A stretch of 64,000 nt of DNA, taken from positions 32,001 to 96,000 of the forward strand of contig CAVTHK010000005.1 in the NCBI GenBank assembly GCA_963734495.1, written 5' to 3'. The stretch comes from an uncultured Spirochaetota bacterium. Lineage in GTDB: Bacteria > Spirochaetota > Spirochaetia > SZUA-6 > CAVTHK01. Shown here in pieces: positions 30,680 to 40,811 of the stretch (positions within the stretch are counted from its first letter, which is position 1; the number at the start of each line of letters is the position of its first letter). The translations under genes and the position numbers were made by a program. The notes below the pieces were generated by a model. That model was not told the DNA's origin. It saw only the letters and a program-made list of their open reading frames with translations, and did not search any database.

Positions 30680-31273
30680 GTGGGCAGCGTGGTCGAATGC
30701 CCGGACGACGACGAGCTGATCCGCCGCTTCGTCGCCGACGGCGATCGGAGCGCCTTTGAGGCGCTGGTGCGCCGGCATGTTCCGCTCGTGCGGCGGCTGC
30801 TCTACGGGCTCTTTCGCGGACACCGGGAGGACATGGAGGACGCGGAACAGGAGGTGATCCTGGCGCTGTTCCGGTCGCTGGCCGGGTTCCGCTTCGGCTC
30901 CCGCTTTTCCACCTTCCTCTTCCGCGTCGTGCGCAACCGCTCGATCGACCTGATCCGCAAACGTGAGCGCGAGCGCAGGTCGATCGCGCGCTTCGCGCGC
31001 GAAAGCGCCGATGCCCCGCACCCCGAGGAGGTGGCCCTGGCCGCGGTGAGTCGCGGGGAGGCGATGGCGCTGCTCGGCGCTCTCAGGATCGAGGAGCGGA
31101 CCGTCGTGCTGCTGCGGGAAGTTGAGGGGTTGTCGATCGAGGAGATCGCCCGGTCGCTGGGGCTGCCCCGCGGCACGGTGAAGAGTCGCCTGCACCGCGC
31201 GCGCAGGCGCATCGAGCGGGCGCTCGCGGCCCGCGGAGCGCGCCCTCCGGGAGGGACGTATGCGCAACTATGA
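30680..31273 (+). CDS. ECF RNA polymerase sigma factor
   Basis: DDELI..GDRSAFEAL, EDAEQE, FSTFLFR and GTVKSRLHRAR motifs. Confidence 0.9.
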   Translation: MGSVVECPDDDELIRRFVADGDRSAFEALVRRHVPLVRRLLYGLFRGHREDMEDAEQEVILALFRSLAGFRFGSRFSTFLFRVVRNRSIDLIRKRERERRSIARFARESADAPHPEEVALAAVSRGEAMALLGALRIEERTVVLLREVEGLSIEEIARSLGLPRGTVKSRLHRARRRIERALAARGARPPGGTYAQL

Positions 31274-31661
31274 AGAGTTCGCGGCCGAGCTGCGCCGCGA
31301 GATCGAGGATGCCGACCTGGGGCGAAGCGAGCCGGATTTCGGCCGTCTCGAGGCGGTCACAGCCGGGCGGCCGCGCGCGGCGGCGCGCCCCGCGCCGTGG
31401 CTGAGGCTCGCGGCCGCCGGCGCGCTGGCGGTCGCGCTCGGGCTCGGCGGCCGGGCGGCTTACCAGGGATACGACAGCCGCCGCCTCCTCGCTCAGAACA
31501 ACAGCGAGTTCGTCGACTCGCTCCTCTCGCGCGGCCTCTTCGAGGCGGCGGCGCCGCCGACCGGCTTCGAGGGGCTCGCGGAGGGGACGCTCTTCGACGC
31601 GGGCGGCTCCGCGGCTCAGAGGAGCGGCTCGGGCTGGCTCGACTCCGGGATCGCGGACTGA
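31260..31661 (+). CDS. Probable single-TM anti-sigma factor
   Basis: Overlaps the ECF stop; one TM helix. Confidence 0.6.
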   Translation: MRNYEEFAAELRREIEDADLGRSEPDFGRLEAVTAGRPRAAARPAPWLRLAAAGALAVALGLGGRAAYQGYDSRRLLAQNNSEFVDSLLSRGLFEAAAPPTGFEGLAEGTLFDAGGSAAQRSGSGWLDSGIAD

Positions 31662-32938
31662 TAGGGGGCGCGCTCGATCCGCGCGCCCAGCCCCGCGAGC
31701 CGTCCCGTGATGTCCTCGTAGCCGCGCTCGATCTGGTAGACGTTGTTGATCGTGCTGCGGCCTTCGGCGCAGAGTGCGGCGATGACCATCGCCATCCCCG
31801 CGCGTATGTCGGGCGAGACGAGCTCCGCGCCCTGCAGCCGCGAGGGCCCCGCCACAACCGCCCGGTGAGGGTCGCAGAGGATGATCCGCGCTCCCATGTC
31901 GATGAGCTTGTCCACGAAGAACATGCGGGCGTCGAACATCTTCTCGTGCACGAGGATGGTCCCGTCCACCTGGGTGGCGACGACGAGGGCGATGCTGGTC
32001 AGGTCCGGCGGGAAGCCGGGCCACGGCGCGTCGTCGATCTTGGGGACGAGCCCGCCGAGATCGGGGTTGACGCGGAGCTCCTGGCCGCGCGGGACGTAGA
32101 TCGTGCCGCCCTGCACCTCCCAACGGATGCCGAGCTTCGCGAACTGGATGGCCGCCATGCGCTGCTGATCGGGAGCGGCGTCCTCGATCTCGACCTCGCC
32201 TCTCGTCGCGGCCGCCAGCCCGATAAAGGAGCCGACCTCCATGTAGTCGGGGCCGAGCGTGTACTCGGCGCCGCCGAGCGAGCGGACGCCGCGGATGAGG
32301 AGCGTGTTCGAGCCGATCCCCTCGATGCGGGCGCCCATCGCGCAGAGGAGGCGGCAGAGGTCCTGCACGTGCGGCTCGGAGGCGGCGTTGCGCAGGACCG
32401 TCTCTCCCTCGGCCAGCACGCCGGCCATGAGGGCGTTCTCGGTCGCGGTCACCGACGCCTCGTCGAGGAATATGTCCGTGCCCGTGAGCTTCGCCGCCTG
32501 CACCCGGAAGCAGCCGTCGATCTCGACGCTCGCACCGTAGGCCCGGAGGGCGAGCACGTGCGTGTCCAGGCGCCTGCGGCCGATCACGTCCCCGCCCGGG
32601 AAGGGGAAGACCGCCCTGCCCGTGCGCGCCACCAGGGGCCCGGCGAAAAGGATGGACGCGCGGATCTTGCGGGCGAGCTCCGCCGGGATCTCGCTCGTGC
32701 GGATGTCGTGCGTCGTGACCTCGACCTCGTGGGGCCCCGTGCGCTTCACGCTGGCGCCGAGCGCGCGCAGGATCTCGAGCATGACCGTGACGTCCTCGAG
32801 GGCCGGGACATTGCGCAGCCGCACCGTCTCGCCCGTGAGCAGGGCCGCGGCCAGGCACGGCAGAGCGGCGTTCTTGTTGCCGCTCGGCCTGATCCGGCCG
32901 TGGAGGGGCCGGTTCCCTTCTATGAGATAGCGGGGCAT
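31616..32938 (-). CDS. murA: UDP-N-acetylglucosamine 1-carboxyvinyltransferase
   Basis: [22 protein letters not shown] (Asp at the fosfomycin Cys position), SVTATEN, DIRAG and ERGY. Confidence 0.95.
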   Translation of the reverse strand: MPRYLIEGNRPLHGRIRPSGNKNAALPCLAAALLTGETVRLRNVPALEDVTVMLEILRALGASVKRTGPHEVEVTTHDIRTSEIPAELARKIRASILFAGPLVARTGRAVFPFPGGDVIGRRRLDTHVLALRAYGASVEIDGCFRVQAAKLTGTDIFLDEASVTATENALMAGVLAEGETVLRNAASEPHVQDLCRLLCAMGARIEGIGSNTLLIRGVRSLGGAEYTLGPDYMEVGSFIGLAAATRGEVEIEDAAPDQQRMAAIQFAKLGIRWEVQGGTIYVPRGQELRVNPDLGGLVPKIDDAPWPGFPPDLTSIALVVATQVDGTILVHEKMFDARMFFVDKLIDMGARIILCDPHRAVVAGPSRLQGAELVSPDIRAGMAMVIAALCAEGRSTINNVYQIERGYEDITGRLAGLGARIERAPYQSAIPESSQPEPLL

Positions 32939-33024
32939 GACTCACCTATCCTCGAAAACACTCGAGTGTCAACTCGCCGGCCGGCGTCGTGTCGGCCGGC
33001 GTCGCCGCGGCGCGCCGCCCTCGA

Positions 33025-34296
33025 TCACATGATCCTGAAGAAGAACTGCCGCTCGCCGAACGGGTCCCGCAGCATGTAGAGCGGCGTCTCGATCACCTTG
33101 GACGCCCCGGTCGACTCGACCACCCTGTAGGCCAGCAGGAAGTAGCTGCCCCTCTCGTCGGTCGCCGAAAAGGGGTTCTCCTGGAACTGCGGCAGCACCA
33201 CATCCGCGATGTCGGCGAGCGCGGCCTCCGGCTTGACGAGCTCGTAGCGCGCCGCGAGCCCCAGGCCCCGCATGATGATCTGCATGTCGGACAGCCCCTG
33301 GCCGCGGTAGTACCGCAGCTGGTCGGCGGCAAAGCAGTGATCGATGAGGGCGCGCCAGTTGTGGGCGACGAGATGCTCGCGCGTGCGGGCGAGAAAGGCG
33401 TTGAGGTTGCGGACGACGTTGATCACCGACTGCTCGACGAAGCGGGTGCCGTTCCAGCGGTACCACGTGAGCAGCGTCTCGTAGCCGACGCCCGCCTCGA
33501 CCCCGCTTTCCTGCACGACGATGTCGATCACGCCGTTGCGGTCGATGTCCTCGACCTTGGGCCGGCTCGCAAGCGTGTCCCTGAGCCCCAGGCGCGAGAT
33601 CGGCCGCAGCGAGGGGCCCGAGAACATCAGCCACTCCTGCTCGCCGCCGGCCCGCGTGTAGAAGCTCGCGACCAGGGCGAGCGGACCCGAGGCCGACGAG
33701 GTCAAGGGAACGACCGTGAGCCCCCCGAAGACGTAGCGCTCGCCGAGATCGATGCGCGAGGCTACGACGAGGCCCGAGGCCTTGTAGGTCAGCACCAGCA
33801 GGAAGAAGGGAACGCTGGCGCGGCCTTCGACAAAGACGCTCGCGTGGTCGGAGAGCCCCGCGGGCTTGACGCTGCTGCCGGACAGGTCCGCGACGGGCGC
33901 CAGGATCTCCGGCGTGCCGTCCCTGTTGATGTCCTGCAGCAGGAGCACGGCCCGGCCTCCCAGCGGCACGGGCGTATAGGGCTTGACGGCGTCGGGAAGC
34001 AGGCGCCGCAGCGTCGCCTCCGACGGGATGGGGGGAGCCGCGGCGGGCGGCTGCGGATCCGGCAGCGGCGCCGGCTTCGGCTCGGCGACGGCCGCCGGCT
34101 GCGGCGCCCCCTCGGCGGCGGCCGGCGCTTCCGGCTGCCGCTGCTGCGGCGCTTCGGGCGCAGCCGAGCCGCGCGCGGGCTCCTCCCCGGCGCCCGCAGC
34201 GGCGCCGGCGGCAGCGCTCGCGCCAGGCGCAACGCCGCCGCCGGTGACGAGGCATCCGCAAACGAGGAGGGCAAGCAGAAGGACCGCCGGCTTCAC
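33025..34296 (-). CDS. Hypothetical lipoprotein with Pro/Ala linker and FG-GAP-like motifs
   Basis: LLVCGC signal; DINRDGTPEI and DIDRNGVIDI. Confidence 0.65.
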   Translation of the reverse strand: MKPAVLLLALLVCGCLVTGGGVAPGASAAAGAAAGAGEEPARGSAAPEAPQQRQPEAPAAAEGAPQPAAVAEPKPAPLPDPQPPAAAPPIPSEATLRRLLPDAVKPYTPVPLGGRAVLLLQDINRDGTPEILAPVADLSGSSVKPAGLSDHASVFVEGRASVPFFLLVLTYKASGLVVASRIDLGERYVFGGLTVVPLTSSASGPLALVASFYTRAGGEQEWLMFSGPSLRPISRLGLRDTLASRPKVEDIDRNGVIDIVVQESGVEAGVGYETLLTWYRWNGTRFVEQSVINVVRNLNAFLARTREHLVAHNWRALIDHCFAADQLRYYRGQGLSDMQIIMRGLGLAARYELVKPEAALADIADVVLPQFQENPFSATDERGSYFLLAYRVVESTGASKVIETPLYMLRDPFGERQFFFRIM

Positions 34297-34383
34297 GACG
34301 GCAGAGAGTATAGCCCGAGAGCGGGCGCGGCTTCCACGTCCGGAGATGGAAACGCGGGGCCTTTTCCTGTATCATCCGCGCCT

Positions 34384-35754
34384 GTGAAAGTGATGAAGTT
34401 CGGCGGCAGCTCAGTCCAGGACGCCGAGCGGATCCGGCGCGCCGCCGGGATCGTCGCGGCCGAGCGGGAGCGCCCGGTCGTCGTCCTTTCCGCGATGCGC
34501 GGGGTGACCGACTCCCTCGAGCGCTGCGGCGGGAAGGCCGCGGCCGGCGACCTCTCCTACCGTGAGGAGCTCGAAGCCATGAGGCGCCGCCACCTCGCGG
34601 CGGCCTCGGAGCTGGGGCTCGCGGAGGAGGCGCGCGAGCAGATGGAGAGCCGCTTCGCCGAGGTCGGCGGCCTCCTGCACGGCGTGGAGCTGATCCGCGA
34701 GTGCTCCGCGCGCACGCGGGACCTCATCATGGGCTTCGGCGAGCTCGCCATGTGCACGCTCTTCGCGCGGTTCCTCGCGCGGACCGGGACGCCTGCGGCA
34801 ACGATCGACGCGCGCGATGTGATTGTCACCGACGGGAACCACGGCAAGGCGACGGTGCTGCCGCAGAGCTTCGAGCGGATACGGGCCGCGGTCCTCGCGG
34901 TCGAAGGCGTCGCCGTCTTCACGGGCTACACCGCCGCGACCGCCGAAGGCGTCGCCACCACGCTGGGACGCAACGGTTCCGACTACACGGCGTCCCTCGT
35001 CGGAAAGGCGGTTTCCGCCTCGGTCATCGAGATCTGGACCGACGTCGACGGCGTGCTGAGCGCCGATCCCCGCAGCGTGCCGGCTTCGTTCGTGATCCCT
35101 GAGATGACTTTCCAGGAAGCGATGGAGATGGCGTACTTCGGGGCGAGCGTGCTTCACCCCTTTACCATGCTGCCGGCCCTGGAGGCGGACATACCGATCC
35201 GCATCAGGAACACGCTGAACCCGGGCGCCGCGGGCACCCTGATCACCACGCACGCCCGCAGGCACTCGACCGCCATCACCGGTCTCGCGTCGATCGACGG
35301 CGTGGGCCTCGTCAACGTCGAAGGCGGCGGCATGCTCGGCATCCCCGGCTTCGCCGCCCGCATCTTCGGCGCGCTGGCGCGCGTGCGCGTCAACATCATC
35401 ATGATCTCGCAGGCCTCCTCGGAGCACAGCATCTGCCTCGTGTTCCGCGAGGCCGAAGGGGCCGCGGCGGAGCTCGCGCTCAACGAGGAGCTCGCGGGCG
35501 AGATCCGCGCGGGCAGGATCCAGGAGAGCCGCGTCACGACGGGGCTGGCCGTCGTCGCGGTCATCGGCGACAACATGCGCGGCACGCCCGGCATCTCAGG
35601 CCGTGTCTTCAGCTCGCTCGGCGGCGCGGGCATCAACGTCCTCACCATCGCGCAGGGCTCGTCGGAGCGGAACATCTCCCTCGTGGTCACCCGCGAGGAC
35701 AAGCAGCGTGCGCTGCAGACGATCCACCGCGCGCTGATGGAGGAAAGAAAGTGA
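34384..35754 (+). CDS. Aspartate kinase (ThrA-type AK with two ACT domains, no HSDH domain)
   Basis: KFGGSS, TTLGRNGSDY, WTDVDGV, MISQASSE and IAQGSSE motifs. Confidence 0.92.
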   Translation: MKVMKFGGSSVQDAERIRRAAGIVAAERERPVVVLSAMRGVTDSLERCGGKAAAGDLSYREELEAMRRRHLAAASELGLAEEAREQMESRFAEVGGLLHGVELIRECSARTRDLIMGFGELAMCTLFARFLARTGTPAATIDARDVIVTDGNHGKATVLPQSFERIRAAVLAVEGVAVFTGYTAATAEGVATTLGRNGSDYTASLVGKAVSASVIEIWTDVDGVLSADPRSVPASFVIPEMTFQEAMEMAYFGASVLHPFTMLPALEADIPIRIRNTLNPGAAGTLITTHARRHSTAITGLASIDGVGLVNVEGGGMLGIPGFAARIFGALARVRVNIIMISQASSEHSICLVFREAEGAAAELALNEELAGEIRAGRIQESRVTTGLAVVAVIGDNMRGTPGISGRVFSSLGGAGINVLTIAQGSSERNISLVVTREDKQRALQTIHRALMEERK

Positions 35755-37073
35755 CCTTTGCCAGCACACGCGGGCGCGCCGCGCACGTCGGGTTCCGCGA
35801 GGCCGTCTTCCGCGGCTTGGCCGACGACGGCGGGCTCTACCACCCGACGGCGATGCCCGACCTGAGCGGCCTGTTCCGTTCTCTCGAGCCCGACACGCCG
35901 TTCGCCGAGACCGCGCGCCGCGTCGCGGTCGCCCTGTTCGCGGACGAGCTCGGCCGCGAGAGCGTCGAGCGCATTACGAAGAAAGCCTTCACCTTTGATC
36001 CTGTTCTTGTCGAGGCCGACGAGCGGCGGCTTGTGCTCGAGCTCTTCCACGGGCCATCGTACGCGTTCAAGGACTTCGGCGCGGGCTTTCTCGCCGCGGC
36101 CATGGAGGAGATGATCGCTCAGGCCGGCGGCGAGGCGACGATCCTGGTGGCGACGTCGGGCGACACGGGCAGCGCGGTCGCCCGCGCCTTTGCCGGCCGC
36201 AGGAACATACGCGTCGTGATCCTCTACCCTTCGGGGCGCGTGAGCCGGCTGCAGGAAAAGCAGCTCACCACCATCGGGGGCAACGTCAGGGCGCTCGAGG
36301 TCAGGGGCTCGTTCGACGACTGCCAACGAATGGTCAAGGAGGCGTTCCTGGACCGCGGCCTGTCGCGGGACCTGCACCTGACTTCGGCCAACTCGATCAG
36401 CCTGGGGCGGCTCATCCCGCAGGCCTTCTACTACATACACGCGGCGACAGCGCTCAAGCGCCCGCGGCCGGGCGCGCCGGCGCCGTGGTTCTGCGTGCCG
36501 AGCGGCAACTTCGGCAACCTGACCGCGGGCGTCTACGCCTGGCAGTGGGGTCTGCCCGTCGCCGGCTTCGTCGCGGCGACCAATGTCAACGACGTCGTGC
36601 CCGAATACCTCGCGAAGGGCGCGTTCCGGCCCAGGGCCTCGGTGCAGACCCTGTCCAACGCCATGGACGTCGGCAACCCGAGCAACTTTGAGCGTCTGCT
36701 CACCATGTTCGGCGGGTCGGCGGAGCGGATGGGGGCCCTGATCCATGGTCAAGTCGTCACCGACGCGGAGACCCTCGCGACGATCCGCGAGGTGCGCGAG
36801 CGCGCCGGGCTGCTGCTCGACCCGCACACCGCGGTCGGCTGGAAAGCAACCGATCGCCTGATCGAGGCCCTCGAGCGCCGCGGGGAACGGTTCTTCGGCA
36901 ATGTCGTCATCCTCGCGACCGCGCATCCCGCCAAGTTCGTCGAGACGATCCGGGAGGCGACGGGGCAGGAGCCGGAGCTTCCGCCCGGCCTGGCCGAGGC
37001 GCTCAAGGCCGACAAGCGGAGCACCGTGATCGACAACACGCTGGAGGGCTTGAAGAAGTCTCTGCGCGGCTGA
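35751..37073 (+). CDS. thrC: Threonine synthase
   Basis: ELFHGP..AFKDFG, ATSGDTG, PSGNFGN and TAHPAKF motifs. Confidence 0.95.
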   Translation: MTFASTRGRAAHVGFREAVFRGLADDGGLYHPTAMPDLSGLFRSLEPDTPFAETARRVAVALFADELGRESVERITKKAFTFDPVLVEADERRLVLELFHGPSYAFKDFGAGFLAAAMEEMIAQAGGEATILVATSGDTGSAVARAFAGRRNIRVVILYPSGRVSRLQEKQLTTIGGNVRALEVRGSFDDCQRMVKEAFLDRGLSRDLHLTSANSISLGRLIPQAFYYIHAATALKRPRPGAPAPWFCVPSGNFGNLTAGVYAWQWGLPVAGFVAATNVNDVVPEYLAKGAFRPRASVQTLSNAMDVGNPSNFERLLTMFGGSAERMGALIHGQVVTDAETLATIREVRERAGLLLDPHTAVGWKATDRLIEALERRGERFFGNVVILATAHPAKFVETIREATGQEPELPPGLAEALKADKRSTVIDNTLEGLKKSLRG

Positions 37074-37111
37074 AGGTCGGGGCCGCCCGCATCTACGGCC
37101 GGGGCGAGCTC

Positions 37112-37168
37112 AAAAAAAGTGAGTGCGGCCGGAGTGACCCCGCCTCCAGCCGCACTCGTGCACTTTTT
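37112..37168. terminator. Bidirectional intrinsic terminator-like hairpin
   Basis: GAGTGCGGCcGGAG / CTCCaGCCGCACTC stem with A7 on the left and T5 on the right. Confidence 0.7.
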
Positions 37169-37294
37169 GTGCTTGGAGTGTACCAACTCCGCCTTTTCAG
37201 GCGATGGCAGTATACGCGCAACTCGCTCAGCCGCGAAGTCGGGAAAGTGCTGATTTTGAAGGTCCATTTCCCTTACAACGAATGGACGCGAATC

Positions 37295-37388
37295 TTTTCG
37301 AGCGTGTCGCGCCTTTCGAACCTTCGCGCTTTTCGCGCCCTTTGCGCTTTTCGCGCCTTTCGCGCCTGTCGAACCTTTCGCGCCTGTA
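37295..37388. repeat. Degenerate 9-bp tandem repeat (consensus CCTTTCGCG), about 10 units
   Basis: Read directly in the thrC-TetR intergenic region. Confidence 0.8.
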
Positions 37389-37602
37389 GTGTGTACTACG
37401 TAGGATGTCCCATCAACTCTATGTTTGCGTGATGCGTGGGGGGCGGCAGGACGATAAGAACCGCGCGGCCGGCCCGGCGAGCCTCAGCGAGCCAGGGGAT
37501 GTACGAGCGCCGGGCAGGGAGCCATGGGCCTGACAGGGCCACGGGCGCATGGGCGGGCCTGAACTTGACATCCCGAGGCGCTTTCCAATAGCGTCGAGCA
37601 CA

Positions 37603-38244
37603 ATGTGGAAGGAAGGCCGTCACTATCTGAGCGATCTCGACTGGAAGCGCGCGGCCCTGCAGGCGATCTGCGACGGCGGCATAGGGGCGGTGGCGGTCGA
37701 GCCGCTCGCGCGCAGCCTGGGCGTCTCGAAGGGCAGCTTCTACTGGCACTTCGCGGGCCGTGACGACCTGTTGCGCGCGGCCCTCGAGCTGTGGGAGCAG
37801 GAAGAGGCCGACGCGTTCATCGCGTCGCTCGAGAACATCCGCGATCCGCGCGAGCGGATCCGGCAGCTCATCGTGCGGGTCTCGCGCGGGAGCTGGAACT
37901 GCACGCTTCATTCGGCCCTTTCGGCCGCCGCCGGTGATCCCGCCGTGAGGCCGGTGCTTCGTCGTGTCTCGGAGAAGCGCATCGGGTACCTCGCCGACTG
38001 CTACCGGGCGCTCGGGTTCTCCGAGGAGGCCGCCCGTCACAGGGCGCGGCTCGGGTACATGATCTACGTCGGGTTCATGCACCTCAGCCGCGAGGACGCG
38101 AGCGGAGCGCCCATCGAGCGCGACTACATCGAGCACATCGCCGAGACGCTGATCCCGGCGGCGCCCGCGCCGGACGCGGCTCCCGCGGGCGACGGCGCCG
38201 CAGCCGCGGCCGCGGCCGAAGATCGCCGCATCGCGGTCTCCTAA
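37603..38244 (+). CDS. TetR/AcrR family regulator
   Basis: LARSLGVSKGSFYWHF HTH; preceded by TTGACA-N18-TAGCGT-N8-ATG. Confidence 0.9.
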   Translation: MWKEGRHYLSDLDWKRAALQAICDGGIGAVAVEPLARSLGVSKGSFYWHFAGRDDLLRAALELWEQEEADAFIASLENIRDPRERIRQLIVRVSRGSWNCTLHSALSAAAGDPAVRPVLRRVSEKRIGYLADCYRALGFSEEAARHRARLGYMIYVGFMHLSREDASGAPIERDYIEHIAETLIPAAPAPDAAPAGDGAAAAAAAEDRRIAVS

Positions 38245-38273
38245 AGGCCGCCGAGCGCATCGAGGAGGCGCCC

Positions 38274-39453
38274 TTGGCGCCCGTCGTCGTCTACATCACC
38301 GGATTCCGTCAGAACGCGGGCAAGACCGTGACCGCGCTCGGCATCATCTCGCAGCTGCGGCGGATCATGGACCCGGCGCGGATCGGCTACTTCAAGCCGG
38401 TCGGCCAGGAGCTCGTCACCCTTCCCGACGGCAACCGCATCGACAAGGACGCCGTCATCATCAAGGCCTTTTCGGGCATCCCGGACCTCGATCTCAACTC
38501 GATCTCCCCGGTGCGCCTTGCGAGCGGCTTTACCCGCGAGTACCTGGAATCGCAGGACCAGGAGGGGGAGCACGACAGGCTCCGCGACCGCATCCAGGCC
38601 ACGCTGGACTCGCTGCGCAGGAAAAGACGTGATCGTGGCGGAGGGAACGGGCCACCCCGGCGTGGGCGGCATCGTCGGGCTCTCGAATGCGAAGGTCAGC
38701 AACCTGATGAAGGCCGAAATCGTCTACCTCTCCGGAGGCGGCATCGGGCGCGCGCTCGACCAGCTCGAGGTCGACCTCTCCTACTTCCTCTACATGCGCA
38801 GCCGCGTGCGCGGGATCATCTTCAACAAGGTGATTCCGGACAAGCTCGACATGGTGCGCCAGTACATCACCGAGCCGTTGCTCAACAGGCACTTCGACGC
38901 GGTCGGCGGCCAGATCCGCATCCTCGGGTTCCTCCCCGAGATCGACAACCTGGGCCGGCCGTCGATGCACCAGCTCACGCGCGCGTTCCGCCAGCCCAGG
39001 CCTCTCGGCGAGAGCGAAGACGACGCGTGGCGCGTGCCCGTACACGACATCAAGGTGCTGACCACCCCGGATGCCGACCTGCGGCGGCCGAGCTTCCTGC
39101 TGCCGGGCGACGTGCTCATCATGAGCTCCGCCTACCAGAGGCGGGCGCGCACCCTGCTGCGCTTCAGCAGGAGCCTGCGCGAGCGGTTCGGCCAGGGGCT
39201 CGCCGGGCTCATCCTCACCGGCGGCGCCTACGTGCGGCTGGACAACGCTGTGGCGCACGACATCGTGCGCGCGGGCTTCCCCGCGATCTACGTGCAGGAG
39301 CACACGGCCATCGCCGAGCAGAAGGTGCTCGAGGCGTTCGACAGCGCGAAGCTCCAGACCTACGACGCGAACAAGGTCGCGGACATCGAGCGGATGTTCG
39401 CGCAGCACTTCGACCTGCAGAAGTTCCTGGAGACGTTCAACATCAAGCCCTAG
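38274..39453 (+). CDS. BioD-like/Pta N-terminal P-loop + DRTGG-like protein, frameshifted near 38622
   Basis: QNAGKT and GYFKPVG in the first frame; VIVAEGTGHPGVG, GIGRALD and GIIFNKV in the next frame. Removing one A from AAAA (38622-38625) restores one ORF. Confidence 0.8.
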
Positions 39454-39531
39454 GCCTCGGATTGGGCGTGCCCCCGAGCAAGACAGTTGCGCAAGGCGTG
39501 GTGCGCCTTTGCCTGAGCGGCCGCTCTGACT

Positions 39532-39623
39532 CGCGCGGGCTCGGGGTCGCGTGCTGCGGGGGTTCCGTCCTCGGCGCCGCCGGTCGCCGGCCGCGAGCGC
39601 CCTCGCACGCCCCGCCTCGGACC
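39532..39623 (-). repeat. Intergenic repeat element, inverted copy of 62776-62923
   Basis: Shares GGTCCGAGGCGGGGCG, GCCGAGGACGGAACCCCCGCAG and CACGCGACCCCGAGCCCGCGCG. Confidence 0.85.
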
Positions 39624-40099
39624 AGGCGGGCTTGCGCCTGCTTTGACCCGGCGTACTCGCCGGGCGCCTGCCCCTCCGCCCGCTCACGCTCGCCGGCCGC
39701 GAGCGTCATTCCACGCCGCCGGAACGGCCGTGCCAGTAGGGGGAATCAGCCGCCTACGGGCTGTGCGGTCGATCGGCTCCTGGTGCGACCTGAGCGACGC
39801 GTCTGGCTCGTAGCCTGGGACCTCCCTGTCGCCAGCCAACGCAAAGACGATTGCTTTGAGTCGGTCAAGGTCGACCGCAAGCACACGCGCGCCAACATCC
39901 TTGTTGGCGCGCTCTGAGCCCGAGTCCGTCCGGCAGGACGCCGGGCGGACTCGGGCCTCCGGAGGGGGGACCGGATTGGGAAAGAGACCCAGAATACCAG
40001 CGTCGCTTTGCCACCTGAGCAAACGCAGCGCGATCTGGGTGGTCGTTGTGTGCCGAGCCCCTCTCTCGCGTCCATCACACCGAAAACATCCTGCCGCCA

Positions 40100-40650
40100 C
40101 CAGCCCCCGCGGCCCATCGTCCTCCAGGCCTCTTCCGCCGCCTCTTCGCCGCCTTTGTAGACGGTTACGACGCCCACTACGGCCTCTATCGCCTCCCGCG
40201 CATCCGCGAGGTCGCCGAGGCCTTCATCCGCTGCGGCGATCCTCGGTTCGGCGTGACGCGGCTCCTATGCACCAACCCGACATCCCGCCCAAGGGCACCT
40301 ACTTCATCCGCCCCTACGTGCTGTACAGCTCGCGGACACGCTCGCGCTGGAGCCGCCTGCCCCACGTCCTGCGGCTATCCCAGAAGACCACCGCGGGCGG
40401 CAAAGGATCGCGTCCCGCCCGCCCAGCAGGTTTCCCCGTCCCGAGCCTCCTCCGCCTGGGCACGCCTGATCTCAAAGGTCTATGGCGAAGATCCCTTCGA
40501 CTGCCCTCACTCTTCCGGGCCACAGCCCACGGTCCTCCATCACCTCAACGCTGCCTGTCAGCCCCTTGCAGCTCGCGTTCCGCCGGCCCCCTCCATCCGA
40601 TCGCTGCCGACGCGCCGCAACCACCTGCCGCGGGATGAAGACCACTATCA
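40100..40650 (+). mobile_element. Internally deleted IS91-family transposase remnant
   Basis: N-terminal zinc-binding part (YG..RI..VAEAFIRCGDPRFGVTRLLCTNP) joined to C-terminal WARLISKVYGEDPFDCP and LHHL...ARVPP; catalytic core missing. Confidence 0.72.
40559..40644 (+). repeat. 86-bp inverted repeat, left copy
   Basis: Exact reverse complement of 55404-55489 by direct comparison. Confidence 0.92.
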
Positions 40651-40811
40651 ATCCCTCCCCGGTACAACTTGTCTCTGAAGCATGAACTCGATCCGGGGTA
40701 GGTCAATTCCCAACCGGCTAAAGGGTCAATAACAGAGCGGTGCTTCCACCTTCGGGCGCATCAAGTGCTTCTCGGCCTCACCAAGATCCGATATTCTGAC
40801 TGGGGAACGCC

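Noticed and set aside
37295-37388. Tandem repeat as a CRISPR array or collagen-like gene
   Set aside because: Units are 9 bp with no spacers and no cas genes; the G-X-Y-like frame is short, broken and lacks a start.
39454-40100. tRNA or integrase at the island's left border
   Set aside because: No cloverleaf or recombinase motifs were recognisable; the short ORFs here have no identifiable family.
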